A stretch of DNA of 33,890 nt from Anaeromyxobacter sp. (GTDB lineage: Bacteria; Myxococcota; Myxococcia; Myxococcales; Anaeromyxobacteraceae), in contig DATKAL010000194.1 in NCBI GenBank assembly GCA_035498135.1, positions 1 to 33,890 on the forward strand, written 5' to 3'. Within the stretch, counting starts at the first letter, position 1. Each line of letters opens with the position of its first letter. Of the stretch, positions 1-11,920 are shown in pieces. The notes under the pieces are model-generated. The model was not told the DNA's origin and ran no database searches. It saw only the letters and a program-made list of their open reading frames with translations. The translations under genes and the position numbers were made by a program.

Positions 1-1155
1 CCTCCAGCTGCGCCGGAAGGTGAGGCGGCGCAGGCTCCCCGGGCCGAGGGGCGCGAGCGATGCCCGTGCCGGAGCGGCCTGCGGTCCCGGGGAGACGCTC
101 CCGGGCCGGGCGAGGTCGCCGGCCCGGAGCTCGTCGGCCTCGGCGAGCCGATCGCTGGCGGCCGACTCGAGCTCCGCCAGGTAGCCGTTCTCCGCCTGGC
201 GGGGGTTCCGGGCCCGGGCGGTCCGGCAGAGCGAGAGGGCGGCCCCGGCGACCGCCCGGACGAGGTCCAGGGGAGGGCAGGGGTGCGGGGCGCCCGGGCC
301 GAGGGCCGCGGTGCCGCCTGCGAGGTCGAGGGTGAGCGCGCCGGGTGTGGCCGGGCCCGCCCGCGGGAGCGCCAGCTGGAGCGAGGGCTCCGCCCGGCGC
401 GAGGCGGCGAGCACGCGGCCCGCCCCCGCGACCAGATCCCGGAGCGCCAGGAACGGGTAGCCGCCCAGCGCGGCGAGCGGGGCGCCGTCGCCCGCGGTGA
501 GGAGGACGCGGCCGGGGGCGAGCAGCGACCCGAGGTCGGCCCGCCCGCCCTCGTAGGCGAGCAGGACACCCTCCTCGTCGAGGAGCTCGACCAGGCAGGC
601 GACCCGGCCCGGCGCCGGGCGGCCGCGGGCGCGGACCGGAGCGCGCGGCCGGGGCCCGGGGGCGGCCTCGGTGCGCCGCAGATCGCGCGCCGCCGCCTGC
701 AGCCGGCGGGTCTCGCGCGCCGCGCCCAGCCCCACCTCGGCGAGGTCGTGGCAGAAGCTGGCGGCCCCCTCGAGCGCGGCGGCGGCCAGGGCGTCGAGCT
801 CCACCTCGACGTCCCGGGCCAGCACGCGGGACGGCCGCGTCAGCGCCACCAGGGTGAGGAGCGCGCTCTGGCCCCGCCGTCGCAGCACGAGCTCGAGCGC
901 GCCGTCGGAGAACGTGACGGCCGCGTGGGGCTCACCCGCCACCACCCTCGCCACGGCGCGCAGGAGCGCTTCCAGGGATGGGAGGAGCGCTCCCTCGGCG
1001 CGGCCGGCGGCGATGTCGACCCCGTCGACCTCGATGGCGAGCGCGTCGACGATGGCGCGCGCCGCGCCCGCGGTGGCACGGGCGCCGGCGCGGCGGAGCG
1101 CCTCCGCCACGGCCGGGTCGTCCCGCCAGCTGGCCCCCGTCCGGATCCGGATCAT
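1..1155 (-). CDS. Hypothetical protein, N-terminal 385 aa (runs off the left edge of the window)
   Basis: Not in the ORF track because no stop lies within the window. The minus frame from ATG at 1155 is open to base 1 (MIRIRTGASWRDDPAVAEALRR...VDALAIEVDGVDIAAG...ENGYLAELE...LRRLTFRRSW). The first ~340 aa of the 283..3042 + ORF are its antisense shadow. Function is not assignable from the visible part. Confidence 0.8.
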   Translation of the reverse strand, partial: MIRIRTGASWRDDPAVAEALRRAGARATAGAARAIVDALAIEVDGVDIAAGRAEGALLPSLEALLRAVARVVAGEPHAAVTFSDGALELVLRRRGQSALLTLVALTRPSRVLARDVEVELDALAAAALEGAASFCHDLAEVGLGAARETRRLQAAARDLRRTEAAPGPRPRAPVRARGRPAPGRVACLVELLDEEGVLLAYEGGRADLGSLLAPGRVLLTAGDGAPLAALGGYPFLALRDLVAGAGRVLAASRRAEPSLQLALPRAGPATPGALTLDLAGGTAALGPGAPHPCPPLDLVRAVAGAALSLCRTARARNPRQAENGYLAELESAASDRLAEADELRAGDLARPGSVSPGPQAAPARASLAPLGPGSLRRLTFRRSWR

Positions 1156-1164
1156 CGATCCGGA

Positions 1165-1224
1165 AGAATCATCGCGGAATCAGGCACTTTCAACGTTGAC
1201 AGGGGAGGTCCACGGCACGAATAT
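1165..1224. promoter_or_regulatory. Back-to-back divergent sigma70-like promoters
   Basis: + strand: TTGACA(1196-1201)-17 nt-GAATAT(1219-1224). - strand: TTGAAA(1193-1188)-17 nt-GATTCT. The two -35 boxes form the palindrome TCAACGTTGA (1190-1199). Confidence 0.55.
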
Positions 1225-1305
1225 GAGAGCCTTCGAGGCGGCCGCACCTTCTCCCTGCTGCAACGCGGCCCCCATCTTCTTTCAGACCATCCCGCAAGGA
1301 CGTAC

Positions 1306-3042
1306 ATGACCTTCACCGAAGCCGCCATCGAGGTGCTGCGGCGCGAGGGGAAGCCTCTCCACTTCAAGAAGATCGCCGAGATCGCCGTCCGGGAGAGCCT
1401 GCTCGACCACGTGGGCAAGATCCCGGACGACACCATGGCCGACCAGCTCGTGGCGCACTGCCGGCTCCCCCGGCCGGAGCGGCGAGTGATCCCCGTCCAG
1501 CAGGGCACCTTCGCCCTGGCGGAGTGGGGGCTCGACGAGGACCCGCTCGGGCTCGACAACCTCATCGAGCTCCCGCCCGAAGGTGAGCTGCCCTACCGGG
1601 GCCGGGAGCGCCATCCGGTCCCGTCCCGGGACATCGCTCGCGCCACCGGGCGCGGCGAGGGTCGGCCCCGCCGCCGCGAGGAGGAGGAGCGGCGCGGCCG
1701 CCGGTTCCCGCCGCCCGCCGAGGTGGCCTACGAGATCCTGGCCGGCGCTGCCAAGCCCCTCACCTTCGTGGAGATCGCCGCCCAGGGAGCGGAGCGGCTG
1801 CTCATGCCGGACGCGTTCGTCCGGGACAGCGGGTCGCTCTCGGCCGCGCTCTCCGAGGACAACCGGCGGCGCGAGGGGAGCGGGCGCCGGGCCCTCTTCC
1901 AGATCGACGGCGAGCTGGTGAGCCTGATCGCCCAGCCGGAGCCCGGGGAGCGCCCGGCGGCCGCGGCGACCGGGCTCGCCGCCGCCCGTCCCGGGGACCT
2001 GCGCCGGGCCTCGCTCGCCGCGCTGCGGCGCCGCCTGCGCGAGTGCGACGGACCCACCGTCGAGTACGTGGTGGGGAGGATGCTCGAGAAGCTCGGGTAT
2101 CGCGACCTCAAGGTGGCGAAGCGCGGGCGCGAGCACGCCATCTACACCGCCCGGCGGCGGATGGGGCTCGCCGAGCTGCGGCACGGGATCCGCGTGGTGC
2201 GCAGCGGCGCGGACGTCGGGCGCCGCGAGGTCTCCGAGCTGCGCCGGGACCTCGGCCACTACGGCGCCCAGATCGGCGTGGTGGTGAGCACCGGGGAGGC
2301 CGCCCGGGAGAGCCGGGCCGAGGCGACCGCGGCCGGCCAGCTGCCGGTCGTGCTCCTCTGCGGCGAGGCCCTGGCCGAGGCGCTGGCCGAGTCCGGGGTC
2401 GGCTGCGTCCCGGTGGTGCTCCCCGAGGTCGACGAGGCGTTCTTCGCCGCCGCCGGCGAGGCGGCCGGACAGGAGGAGACGGCCCGCCGCGGGCGCCGCG
2501 AGGAGCGGGATCGGCGCGACGGCGAGCGGCGCGAGGAGCGCCGGGAGGGGCGCGAGGGCCGCGAGGGACGCCGCGAGGAGGCGAGGGACGAGCCGGCCGG
2601 ATCGCCGGGCGGCGAGGTCGTGCCCGGCGAGGTGACGGCCTCGGGCTCCGAGGAGGAGCGCGAGCCCGCCCTCGCGGACATCCCCACGGTCGAGGTGGCC
2701 GCCCAGAGCGACGACCTGGGGCCCGCCGGGCCGGCGGAGGAGGACGACGGGGAGGAGGGTCCCGAGGGAGACGAGGAGGGCGCCGAGGCGGGCGCCGCCG
2801 CGGGGCCGGAGGCTCCTGCCGACCAGGGCGGAGAGCGCCGCCGTCGTCGCCGTCGCCGCCGTCGCCGCGGCGGGCGGGGTCGCGGGCGGGGCGAGGGGAC
2901 CGCCCAGGGCGGCGCGGCCGGGCCGGGCGAAGCGGCGGCCGGCGCGCCGGCGGGCGGGCCCGCCCCCGAGGCCGCCCCGCGCGAGGAGCCGCCCCCGCCC
3001 CCGCCCCCGGCTCCGTCCGGCGGCGAGGGCTCGGGGAGCTGA
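1306..3042 (+). CDS. HARE-HTH (x2) plus Mrr-like restriction-endonuclease-fold protein with disordered acidic/Arg-rich tail
   Basis: ATG 1306 follows AAGGA. MTFTEAAIEVLRREGKPLHFKKIAE is a typical HARE-HTH start, and a second copy appears at EVAYEILAGAAKPLTFVEIA. The segment VEYVVGRMLEKLGY...VGRREVSELR...GVVVSTG matches the Mrr_cat layout. The tail carries E/D runs and R11-GGRGRGRG. Confidence 0.75.
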   Translation: MTFTEAAIEVLRREGKPLHFKKIAEIAVRESLLDHVGKIPDDTMADQLVAHCRLPRPERRVIPVQQGTFALAEWGLDEDPLGLDNLIELPPEGELPYRGRERHPVPSRDIARATGRGEGRPRRREEEERRGRRFPPPAEVAYEILAGAAKPLTFVEIAAQGAERLLMPDAFVRDSGSLSAALSEDNRRREGSGRRALFQIDGELVSLIAQPEPGERPAAAATGLAAARPGDLRRASLAALRRRLRECDGPTVEYVVGRMLEKLGYRDLKVAKRGREHAIYTARRRMGLAELRHGIRVVRSGADVGRREVSELRRDLGHYGAQIGVVVSTGEAARESRAEATAAGQLPVVLLCGEALAEALAESGVGCVPVVLPEVDEAFFAAAGEAAGQEETARRGRREERDRRDGERREERREGREGREGRREEARDEPAGSPGGEVVPGEVTASGSEEEREPALADIPTVEVAAQSDDLGPAGPAEEDDGEEGPEGDEEGAEAGAAAGPEAPADQGGERRRRRRRRRRRGGRGRGRGEGTAQGGAAGPGEAAAGAPAGGPAPEAAPREEPPPPPPPAPSGGEGSGS

Positions 3043-3056
3043 GCTCCGGGCCGGCC

Positions 3057-3947
3057 ATGCACCGCCGCCGTCCGATCCTCTCCGCCCGGGCCGGGCTCAC
3101 GTCGCTCGTCCTGGCGGCCACGGCCTGCCAGGGCTCCCCGCCGCCGGTGCGGGTGGCGAGCGTGCGGCTGGCCGACAGCGCGCTCGCCGGGCCGCTCCAA
3201 GAGACCGGGATCGCCCCGGCGACGCTGGAAGCGGCCGCCCGGGACGCGCTGGGCCGCGCCGGGTTCCGGAGCGGGGAGGGCGAGCGGGCCTATCGGGCCC
3301 GCGTCGACGTGATCGCCGTCCGGCTGGCTCCCCCCCAGGCCCAGGGCGCGGTGCGCGTCGAGGCGGCGGTGGAGATCGAGCTCGAGCCGCTCAAGGGCGG
3401 CTCGACGGCCCGCGAGACCGGCAGCGGCTCGGCCGCGGTCGGCGCCGGGGGCACGGGGCAGGCCTGGGGGGCGGCGCTGGAGGCCGCTACCCGGGAGGCG
3501 GCCGAGGGCCTGGCGCTGGCGTTCGCCGAGGACGCCAAGGCGACCGCCCAGGTGATCCGGGACCTCGACGCCCAGGACCCGCGGGTGCGGGAGCGAGCCG
3601 CCCGGGTGCTCGGCGAGCGCCGCGAGGCCGGGGCGGTCCCCGTCCTGCTGGGGCGGCTCCGGGACCCGGATCCGGAGGTCGTGCACCGCACGGTGGGGGC
3701 GCTCGCCCAGATCAAGGACCCCCGGGCCGTCGGGCCGCTCATCGACGTCTCCCGGAACGGCGACGGCGCCTTCACCGCCCGTGTGGCGCGCATCATCGGC
3801 GACATCGGGGGGCGGGAGGCGGAGGGCTACCTCCTTACCGTCGAGGCGGGCCACCCCGATCCCCGGGTGCGCCGCGCCGCCCGGGAGGCGCTCGGGGAGA
3901 TGCGGGCGCGGGCCCGGGAGGCCCGGGGAGTCGCCACCGGCCGATGA
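3057..3947 (+). CDS. HEAT-repeat lipoprotein
   Basis: Signal peptide with lipobox-like LAATAC. C-terminal HEAT/PBS-lyase repeats (DPRVRERAARVLGE, DPDPEVVHRTVGALAQI, HPDPRVRRAAREALGE). Confidence 0.8.
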   Translation: MHRRRPILSARAGLTSLVLAATACQGSPPPVRVASVRLADSALAGPLQETGIAPATLEAAARDALGRAGFRSGEGERAYRARVDVIAVRLAPPQAQGAVRVEAAVEIELEPLKGGSTARETGSGSAAVGAGGTGQAWGAALEAATREAAEGLALAFAEDAKATAQVIRDLDAQDPRVRERAARVLGERREAGAVPVLLGRLRDPDPEVVHRTVGALAQIKDPRAVGPLIDVSRNGDGAFTARVARIIGDIGGREAEGYLLTVEAGHPDPRVRRAAREALGEMRARAREARGVATGR

Positions 3948-3991
3948 GGGACCGGGGCGCCGGCCTTGGGCCGCCGGGGTTTTCCGGTAAG

Positions 3992-4588
3992 ATGCGCTCC
4001 GTGCTCCGCCTCCTCGCCCTGCTCCTCGCCTCGTCCCTGGCCCTCGCCTGCGCCGGCCCGAGCGCCTCCGCGGCCGCCCCCACCTCCGGCGGCGCCGCCG
4101 CCTTCTTCCCGCTCGCGGTGGGGAACCAGTGGATCTACGTCGACGAGTCCCCGGCGCTGCCGCCCGCGCAGCGGGGCACCCGGCGCACGGTCCGCATCCT
4201 GGAGCGCGGCGCCGACGGGTACTTCCGCGACAACGAGCGGGGCGAGCTCCGCGCCGACGCCGACTGCGTCCACGACCGGCTCCGGCGGCTGCTCTGCGGT
4301 CCCATCACCCGTGGCAACTCCTGGAGCTCGGTGGTCTCGGTGGGCTCCACCGAGCGCTACGAGATCGCCGGGGTGGGGGAGACCGTGGAGACGCCGGCGG
4401 GGAGGTTCCAGGGCTGCGTCCGGGTCCGGGCGCACAACCGCGTCAACGCCGGCACCGACACCGTCCTCGAGATCTCCTACGCGCCGGGGGTGGGGCCGGT
4501 GCGGATCGAGACCTGGGCGGTGGTCGAGGACAAGGCGGCGCCCCAGGTCAGGGCGGTGCTGCAGTCGTACCGGATCGAGGGAAGGTGA
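3992..4588 (+). CDS. Putative lipoprotein of unknown function (alternative start GTG 4001)
   Basis: LLALLLASSLALAC lipobox. Beta-rich domain with FFPLAVGNQWIY, ETVETPAGRF and YAPGVGPV motifs. Abuts hom. Confidence 0.75.
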   Translation: MRSVLRLLALLLASSLALACAGPSASAAAPTSGGAAAFFPLAVGNQWIYVDESPALPPAQRGTRRTVRILERGADGYFRDNERGELRADADCVHDRLRRLLCGPITRGNSWSSVVSVGSTERYEIAGVGETVETPAGRFQGCVRVRAHNRVNAGTDTVLEISYAPGVGPVRIETWAVVEDKAAPQVRAVLQSYRIEGR

Positions 4589-4590
4589 GC

Positions 4591-5907
4591 ATGCGCGAGG
4601 TGGGAATCGGGATCGCCGGGTTCGGCGTGGTCGGGGGCGGGGTGATGTCGATCCTGCGCCGCCACGCCGGGGACATCGAGGCGCGCCTCGGGGCGCGGAT
4701 CGTGGTGCGCCGGGTGGTGGTGCGCGACACGGAGAAGCCCCGCGCCGTGGACGTGGATCGGGCCCTGGTCACGACCCGGTTCGAGGACCTGCTCGAGGAC
4801 CCCCAGGTGGCGGTGGTGGTGGAGCTGATCGGCGGCGTCGACCAGGCGTTCGAGCTGGTCCGCGGGGCGATGGAGCGCGGCAAGCACGTGGTCACCGCCA
4901 ACAAGGCGCTGCTCGCCGCCCGCGGGGACGAGATCTTCAAGCTCGCCCGCGAGAGGGGCGTGGACGTCTACTACGAGGCGGCGGTCTGCGGCGGGGTTCC
5001 GATCATCCGCACCCTCCGGGAGGCGCTCGCCTCCGACCGGATCACCGCCCTCCACGGCATCGTCAACGGGACGACCAACTTCATCCTCACCGCCATGGCG
5101 GAGAAGGGCGAGCCCATCGAGGTCGCCCTGGCGGAGGCGCAGCGGCTCGGCTACGCCGAGACCGATCCCACCCTGGACGTGTCGGGCGGGGACGCGGCCC
5201 AGAAGCTCTGCGTGCTCGCGCAGCTCGCCTTCGGGGCGCGCCTCATGCCCGCCGACGTGCTCACCGAGGGGATCATGGGGCTCCAGCCGGAGGACTTCCG
5301 CTGGGCCCGCGAGTTCGGCTACGCCCTGAAGCTGCTGGCGGTGGCGCGGCGCTCCAGCCCTGGCGAGGAGGGCGGGCTGGACCGGCTCGAGGCCCGGGTC
5401 CACCCGGCCTTCATCCCCGCCGGTTCCCTGCTCGCCGGCGTGCGCGGCGCCATGAACGCGGTGGTGCTCCACTCCGATGCGCTCGGCCCCTCGATGCTCT
5501 ACGGCCAGGGGGCGGGCGCGATGCCCACCGGGAGCGCGGTGGTCTCGGACATCATCGACCTGACCCGCAACATCCTGGCGGAGAGCCCGGGCCGCGTCCC
5601 GCTGCCCCCTGCCCGGCCGCTCGTGGCGCTCCGGCGCCACGACGAGATCCGCTGCGCCTACTACCTGCGCTTCGGGGTGAAGGACACGCCCGGCGTGCTG
5701 GCGCGGATCGCCTCGCAGCTCGCCTCCCGCCGGATCTCGATCGCGGCGGTGCAGCAGCACGAGCAGAACGACGAGGGCAAGCCGGTCCCGCTGGTGATCG
5801 TCACCCACGTGGCGCGCGAGGCCGACCTGCGGGCGGCCATCGCCGAGATCGACCGCGATCCGACCACGCTCGCCCCCACGCGCCTCATCCGGATCGAGAG
5901 CGTCTGA
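4591..5907 (+). CDS. hom: Homoserine dehydrogenase with C-terminal ACT domain
   Basis: GFGVVG Rossmann motif, VVTANKA, EAAVCGGVPII, GIVNGTTNFIL, GYAETDPTLDVSGGDAAQKL; ACT segment DTPGVLARIA. Confidence 0.96.
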   Translation: MREVGIGIAGFGVVGGGVMSILRRHAGDIEARLGARIVVRRVVVRDTEKPRAVDVDRALVTTRFEDLLEDPQVAVVVELIGGVDQAFELVRGAMERGKHVVTANKALLAARGDEIFKLARERGVDVYYEAAVCGGVPIIRTLREALASDRITALHGIVNGTTNFILTAMAEKGEPIEVALAEAQRLGYAETDPTLDVSGGDAAQKLCVLAQLAFGARLMPADVLTEGIMGLQPEDFRWAREFGYALKLLAVARRSSPGEEGGLDRLEARVHPAFIPAGSLLAGVRGAMNAVVLHSDALGPSMLYGQGAGAMPTGSAVVSDIIDLTRNILAESPGRVPLPPARPLVALRRHDEIRCAYYLRFGVKDTPGVLARIASQLASRRISIAAVQQHEQNDEGKPVPLVIVTHVAREADLRAAIAEIDRDPTTLAPTRLIRIESV

Positions 5908-5940
5908 GCGGCGGCGCGCCCGGCCGCGCCCGAGGACGGG

Positions 5941-6360
5941 ATGGAGAGGACCGACATCCGCGTGATCTACGGCGACACCGACCGGATGGGCGTCGTCTAC
6001 TACGCGAACTACCTGCGCTACTTCGAGGCGGCGCGGAACGAGTTCGTCCGGGCGAAGGGGCTGCGGTACCGCGACCTGGAGGAGGTCCACGGGCTGCAGC
6101 TCCCGGTGGCCGAGGCGCAGGTGAGCTACGTGAGCCCGGCCCGCTACGACGACCTGATCACCGTCGAGATCTCGCTCGCCGAGCTGCGCCGGGCCTCGGC
6201 CCGCTTCGGCTACCGGGTGGTGCGGGGGCCGGACCTGCTCGCCACCGGCTCCACGCTGCACGCCTGCGTCGACGGCGAGGGCCGGATCCGGCGCCTGCCC
6301 CCGGAGGTCCGCCAGCGGCTGACGAGCGGGGAGACGCCCCTCGAGCACCCCAAGGGGTGA
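5941..6360 (+). CDS. YbgC/FadM-family acyl-CoA thioesterase
   Basis: RVIYGDTDRMGVVYYANYLRYFEAAR hot-dog-fold signature; PARYDD. Confidence 0.92.
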   Translation: MERTDIRVIYGDTDRMGVVYYANYLRYFEAARNEFVRAKGLRYRDLEEVHGLQLPVAEAQVSYVSPARYDDLITVEISLAELRRASARFGYRVVRGPDLLATGSTLHACVDGEGRIRRLPPEVRQRLTSGETPLEHPKG

Positions 6361-6442
6361 GCGGCGGAGCCGGCTGCGCCGGGCGCGGCTCGCGGAGGCG
6401 GGTTACGGTGGTGGAGACGTCGCCGGGAGGCGCGGGGAGCCC

Positions 6443-6880
6443 ATGTCCGTCGTCACGCGAGAGATCCTGATCGAGACCCCGGTCGAGAAGTTCTGGGACA
6501 TCGTGGTGGACTACGACCGCTACCCCGAGTTCGTCCCGGGGATCCTGGGCTGCCGGGTCCTGCCGGGGGACGGGAACCTGGTGGAGTACGAGCTCGACCT
6601 CGGGATCAAGCGGATCCGCTACGTCCTGCGCCACGTCGAGGAGCCACCGCGCAAGCTCACCTGGTCGCTCGTCTCGGGAGAGCTCATGAAGGTGTCGAAT
6701 GGGTCATGGGAGCTTCGCCCCGAGCAGGGCCGGACCCGGGCGCACTACTCGGTCGAGATCCAGATCGCCAGGCCGCCCCTCGTGCCGCAGGTCGTCATGG
6801 ACCGGGTGAGCGACGAGCTGACGCGCGTCCAGCTTCCGAAGACGCTCGAGGCGTTCAAGGCCCGGGCGGAGCGCGGCTGA
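6443..6880 (+). CDS. SRPBCC/START-domain (polyketide cyclase/Coq10/RatA-like) protein
   Basis: WDIVVDYDRYPEFVPG and NGSWEL motifs; 145 aa; GGGAG RBS. Confidence 0.88.
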   Translation: MSVVTREILIETPVEKFWDIVVDYDRYPEFVPGILGCRVLPGDGNLVEYELDLGIKRIRYVLRHVEEPPRKLTWSLVSGELMKVSNGSWELRPEQGRTRAHYSVEIQIARPPLVPQVVMDRVSDELTRVQLPKTLEAFKARAERG

Positions 6881-6999
6881 CCGGCGGGAAGGCGCCTGGG
6901 TGCTGCCGTCTCCGTGAACAGGCTGCACGCCGCCGTGGCAGCGGCAGCCCGCCCCGCGGGAGCGCCGGTCGATGTGAGCAAACGACGTCCTGGGGCGCC

Positions 7000-7029
7000 T
7001 TGACCCCCCGGAGGGCCGGGTGCTACTTG
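7000..7029 (+). promoter_or_regulatory. Putative sigma70-like promoter for the small gene
   Basis: TTGACC(7000-7005)-18 nt-TACTTG, with an extended -10 TG. Confidence 0.45.
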
Positions 7030-7060
7030 GAATGTGGGGTGTGGTGTCGAGTACTCGTGA

Positions 7061-8842
<1,782 letters not shown>

Positions 8843-8906
8843 CCTCGCCGGGCGCGGGGTCGAGCGGGCGCTCGCCAGCCGGGGCGGGCGCCGAACCCGG
8901 CGTGGA

Positions 8907-8937
8907 ACCCCCGGGAAGCAGCGGGCTTTCCGGGGGT
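8907..8937 (+). terminator. Strong hairpin downstream of eno (possible terminator or stability element)
   Basis: 13-bp stem ACCCCCGGGAAGC/GCTTTCCGGGGGT with a 5-nt loop; no U tract. Confidence 0.45.
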
Positions 8938-8945
8938 GCGACACG

Positions 8946-10396
<1,451 letters not shown>

Positions 10397-10413
10397 ACGG
10401 GCGCCGGGCCGAC

Positions 10414-10444
10414 CCGCGCGCCCCGGCCGGGCCGGGACGCGCGG
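10414..10444. terminator. GC-rich hairpin between the convergent thiC and rhodanese genes
   Basis: CCGCGCGCCCCGGC/GCCGGGACGCGCGG stem with one mismatch; no U tract. Confidence 0.4.
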
Positions 10445-10487
10445 CGCTCACCTGAAGGACCTTCGCCGGATCGCGACCGGGAGCCGG

Positions 10488-10889
10488 TCAGGGCGCCCGC
10501 TCGACGGGCTTGCCCGCCTTCGCCCACCCCTCGATCCCGTCCGGCATCACGTAGACGTTCTGGTAACCGAGCTCGACCGCCCGCCGGGCGGCCTCGTGGC
10601 TCGCCATTCAATGCGGGTTCATGCAGTAGAAGACGAGCCGGGTGGCGTGATCGGCGGGCAGATCGCGGGCGGAGAGGTCCTTGTAGGACACGTGCACCGC
10701 CCCCGGGACGTGCCGCTCCGCGTACACCTTGGCGTTGTTGGCGTCGTAGATCCGCGCGTCCTTGGCGCCGACCAAGCCGGCGACCTCGTCCACCGAGATC
10801 ATCCGGAACGGCTCCTCGGCGGCGAGCGCCCCGGCGGCGAGCGACAGGGCCGCGATGGGGGCGAGCAGCATGGCGTTCCTTGCAGTCAT
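10488..10889 (-). CDS. Exported single-domain rhodanese, probable selenoprotein (UGA=Sec at codon 94; 133 aa)
   Basis: AAAGGA RBS, signal peptide, HVPGA and VFYC motifs. Reading through the in-frame TGA (10610-10608) gives MASHEAARRAVELGYQNVYVMPDGIEGWAKAGKPVERAP*, which completes the rhodanese fold. A SECIS-like hairpin follows the TGA. Confidence 0.85.
10571..10607 (-). promoter_or_regulatory. Bacterial SECIS-like element
   Basis: mRNA after UGA reads AUGGCGAGCCACGA-GGCCGCCC-GGC-GGGCGGUC-GAGCUC: 8-bp apical stem, G-initiated loop 22 nt from the UGA, and a lower GAGC/GCUC pairing. Confidence 0.72.
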
Positions 10890-10992
10890 CGTCCGTCCTT
10901 TGCCCTCGGTACCTAGCTAACCGGCTCCGCCCTCCGGCGCAGCCCGGGATTCGCCCGGCCCCCCGGGGCGTTCCGGATTAGGATGCCCTCCG

Positions 10993-11919
10993 ATGGCACC
11001 CCGGGTGACCGTCTACGAGGTCGGCCCCCGCGACGGGCTCCAGAACGAGCCCCGGTCGCTGGAGACGTCCCAGAAGCTCGAGCTCATCGCGGCGCTGGCG
11101 GCCTCCGGGCTCTCCCGCATCGAGGCGACGAGCTTCGTCTCCCCGCGCTGGATCCCGCAGCTGGCGGACGCGGCCGAGGTGGCGCGCGCGCTCCCGGCCG
11201 CGCCCGGCCTCCGCTGCGTGGTGCTGGTCCCGAACGCCCGGGGGCTGGAGCGGCTCCTCGAGGCGCGCCGGGGTGCGCTCGCGGCGGCCCCGCCCGTCGA
11301 CGCGGCCGTCTTCCTCTCCGCCTCGGAGACGCACAACCGGATGAACCTGAACCGCTCCGTCGAGGAGACGCTCGCAGACCTTGCGGGGCTCGTCCCGGCG
11401 GCGCTCGCCCAGGGGCTGCAGGTGAGGGGCTACGTCTCGACGGTCTGGGGGTGTCCGTACGAGGGGGCGGTCGATCCGGAGCGGGCCGCGGCGGTGGTGG
11501 AGCGGCTCCTCGCCGTCGGGTGCCACCAGGTCTCGCTCGGCGACACCATCGGGGTCGGGACCCCGGGGCAGACGCGCCGCATCCTGGAGCGGCTGCTCCG
11601 GACCGTCCGCCCCGAGCAGCTCGCGCTCCACATGCACGACACGCGGGGCACCGCCCTCGCCAACGTGCTGGTGGGGCTCGAGGCGGGGCTCACCACGTTC
11701 GACGCCTCCATCGGCGGCCTGGGCGGCTGCCCCTACGCGCCCGGGGCGTCGGGCAACCTGGCGACCGAGGACCTGGTCTACATGCTCCAGGGGATGGGCT
11801 ACGAGACCGGGGTGGACTGGGGCCGGCTGATCGCGGCCGGGGGGCTGGCGCAACGGCTGGTGGGGCGGACGCTGCCCGGCAAGGCGCTCCAGGCCGAGCT
11901 GGCGCGCGCGGAGGCATGA
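10993..11919 (+). CDS. hmgL: Hydroxymethylglutaryl-CoA lyase
   Basis: [55 protein letters not shown]. Confidence 0.95.
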   Translation: MAPRVTVYEVGPRDGLQNEPRSLETSQKLELIAALAASGLSRIEATSFVSPRWIPQLADAAEVARALPAAPGLRCVVLVPNARGLERLLEARRGALAAAPPVDAAVFLSASETHNRMNLNRSVEETLADLAGLVPAALAQGLQVRGYVSTVWGCPYEGAVDPERAAAVVERLLAVGCHQVSLGDTIGVGTPGQTRRILERLLRTVRPEQLALHMHDTRGTALANVLVGLEAGLTTFDASIGGLGGCPYAPGASGNLATEDLVYMLQGMGYETGVDWGRLIAAGGLAQRLVGRTLPGKALQAELARAEA

Positions 11920-11920
11920 G

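Noticed and set aside
283-1305. N-terminal 341 aa of the 919-aa + ORF
   Set aside because: Antisense shadow of the real minus-strand gene (1-1155); the true start is ATG 1306, which has an RBS.
2490-2895. Short tandem repeats (CGC/CGT runs, RREE units) as a CRISPR or VNTR
   Set aside because: Coding low-complexity sequence with no repeat-spacer structure and no cas genes.
10400-10490. Second UGA read-through at the end of the rhodanese
   Set aside because: The domain is already complete, and an extension would run into the convergent thiC.
10608-10889. Rhodanese as a truncated pseudogene
   Set aside because: The stop is TGA at a Cys-equivalent loop position, the downstream frame is intact and a SECIS-like hairpin follows, so Sec recoding is the better explanation.
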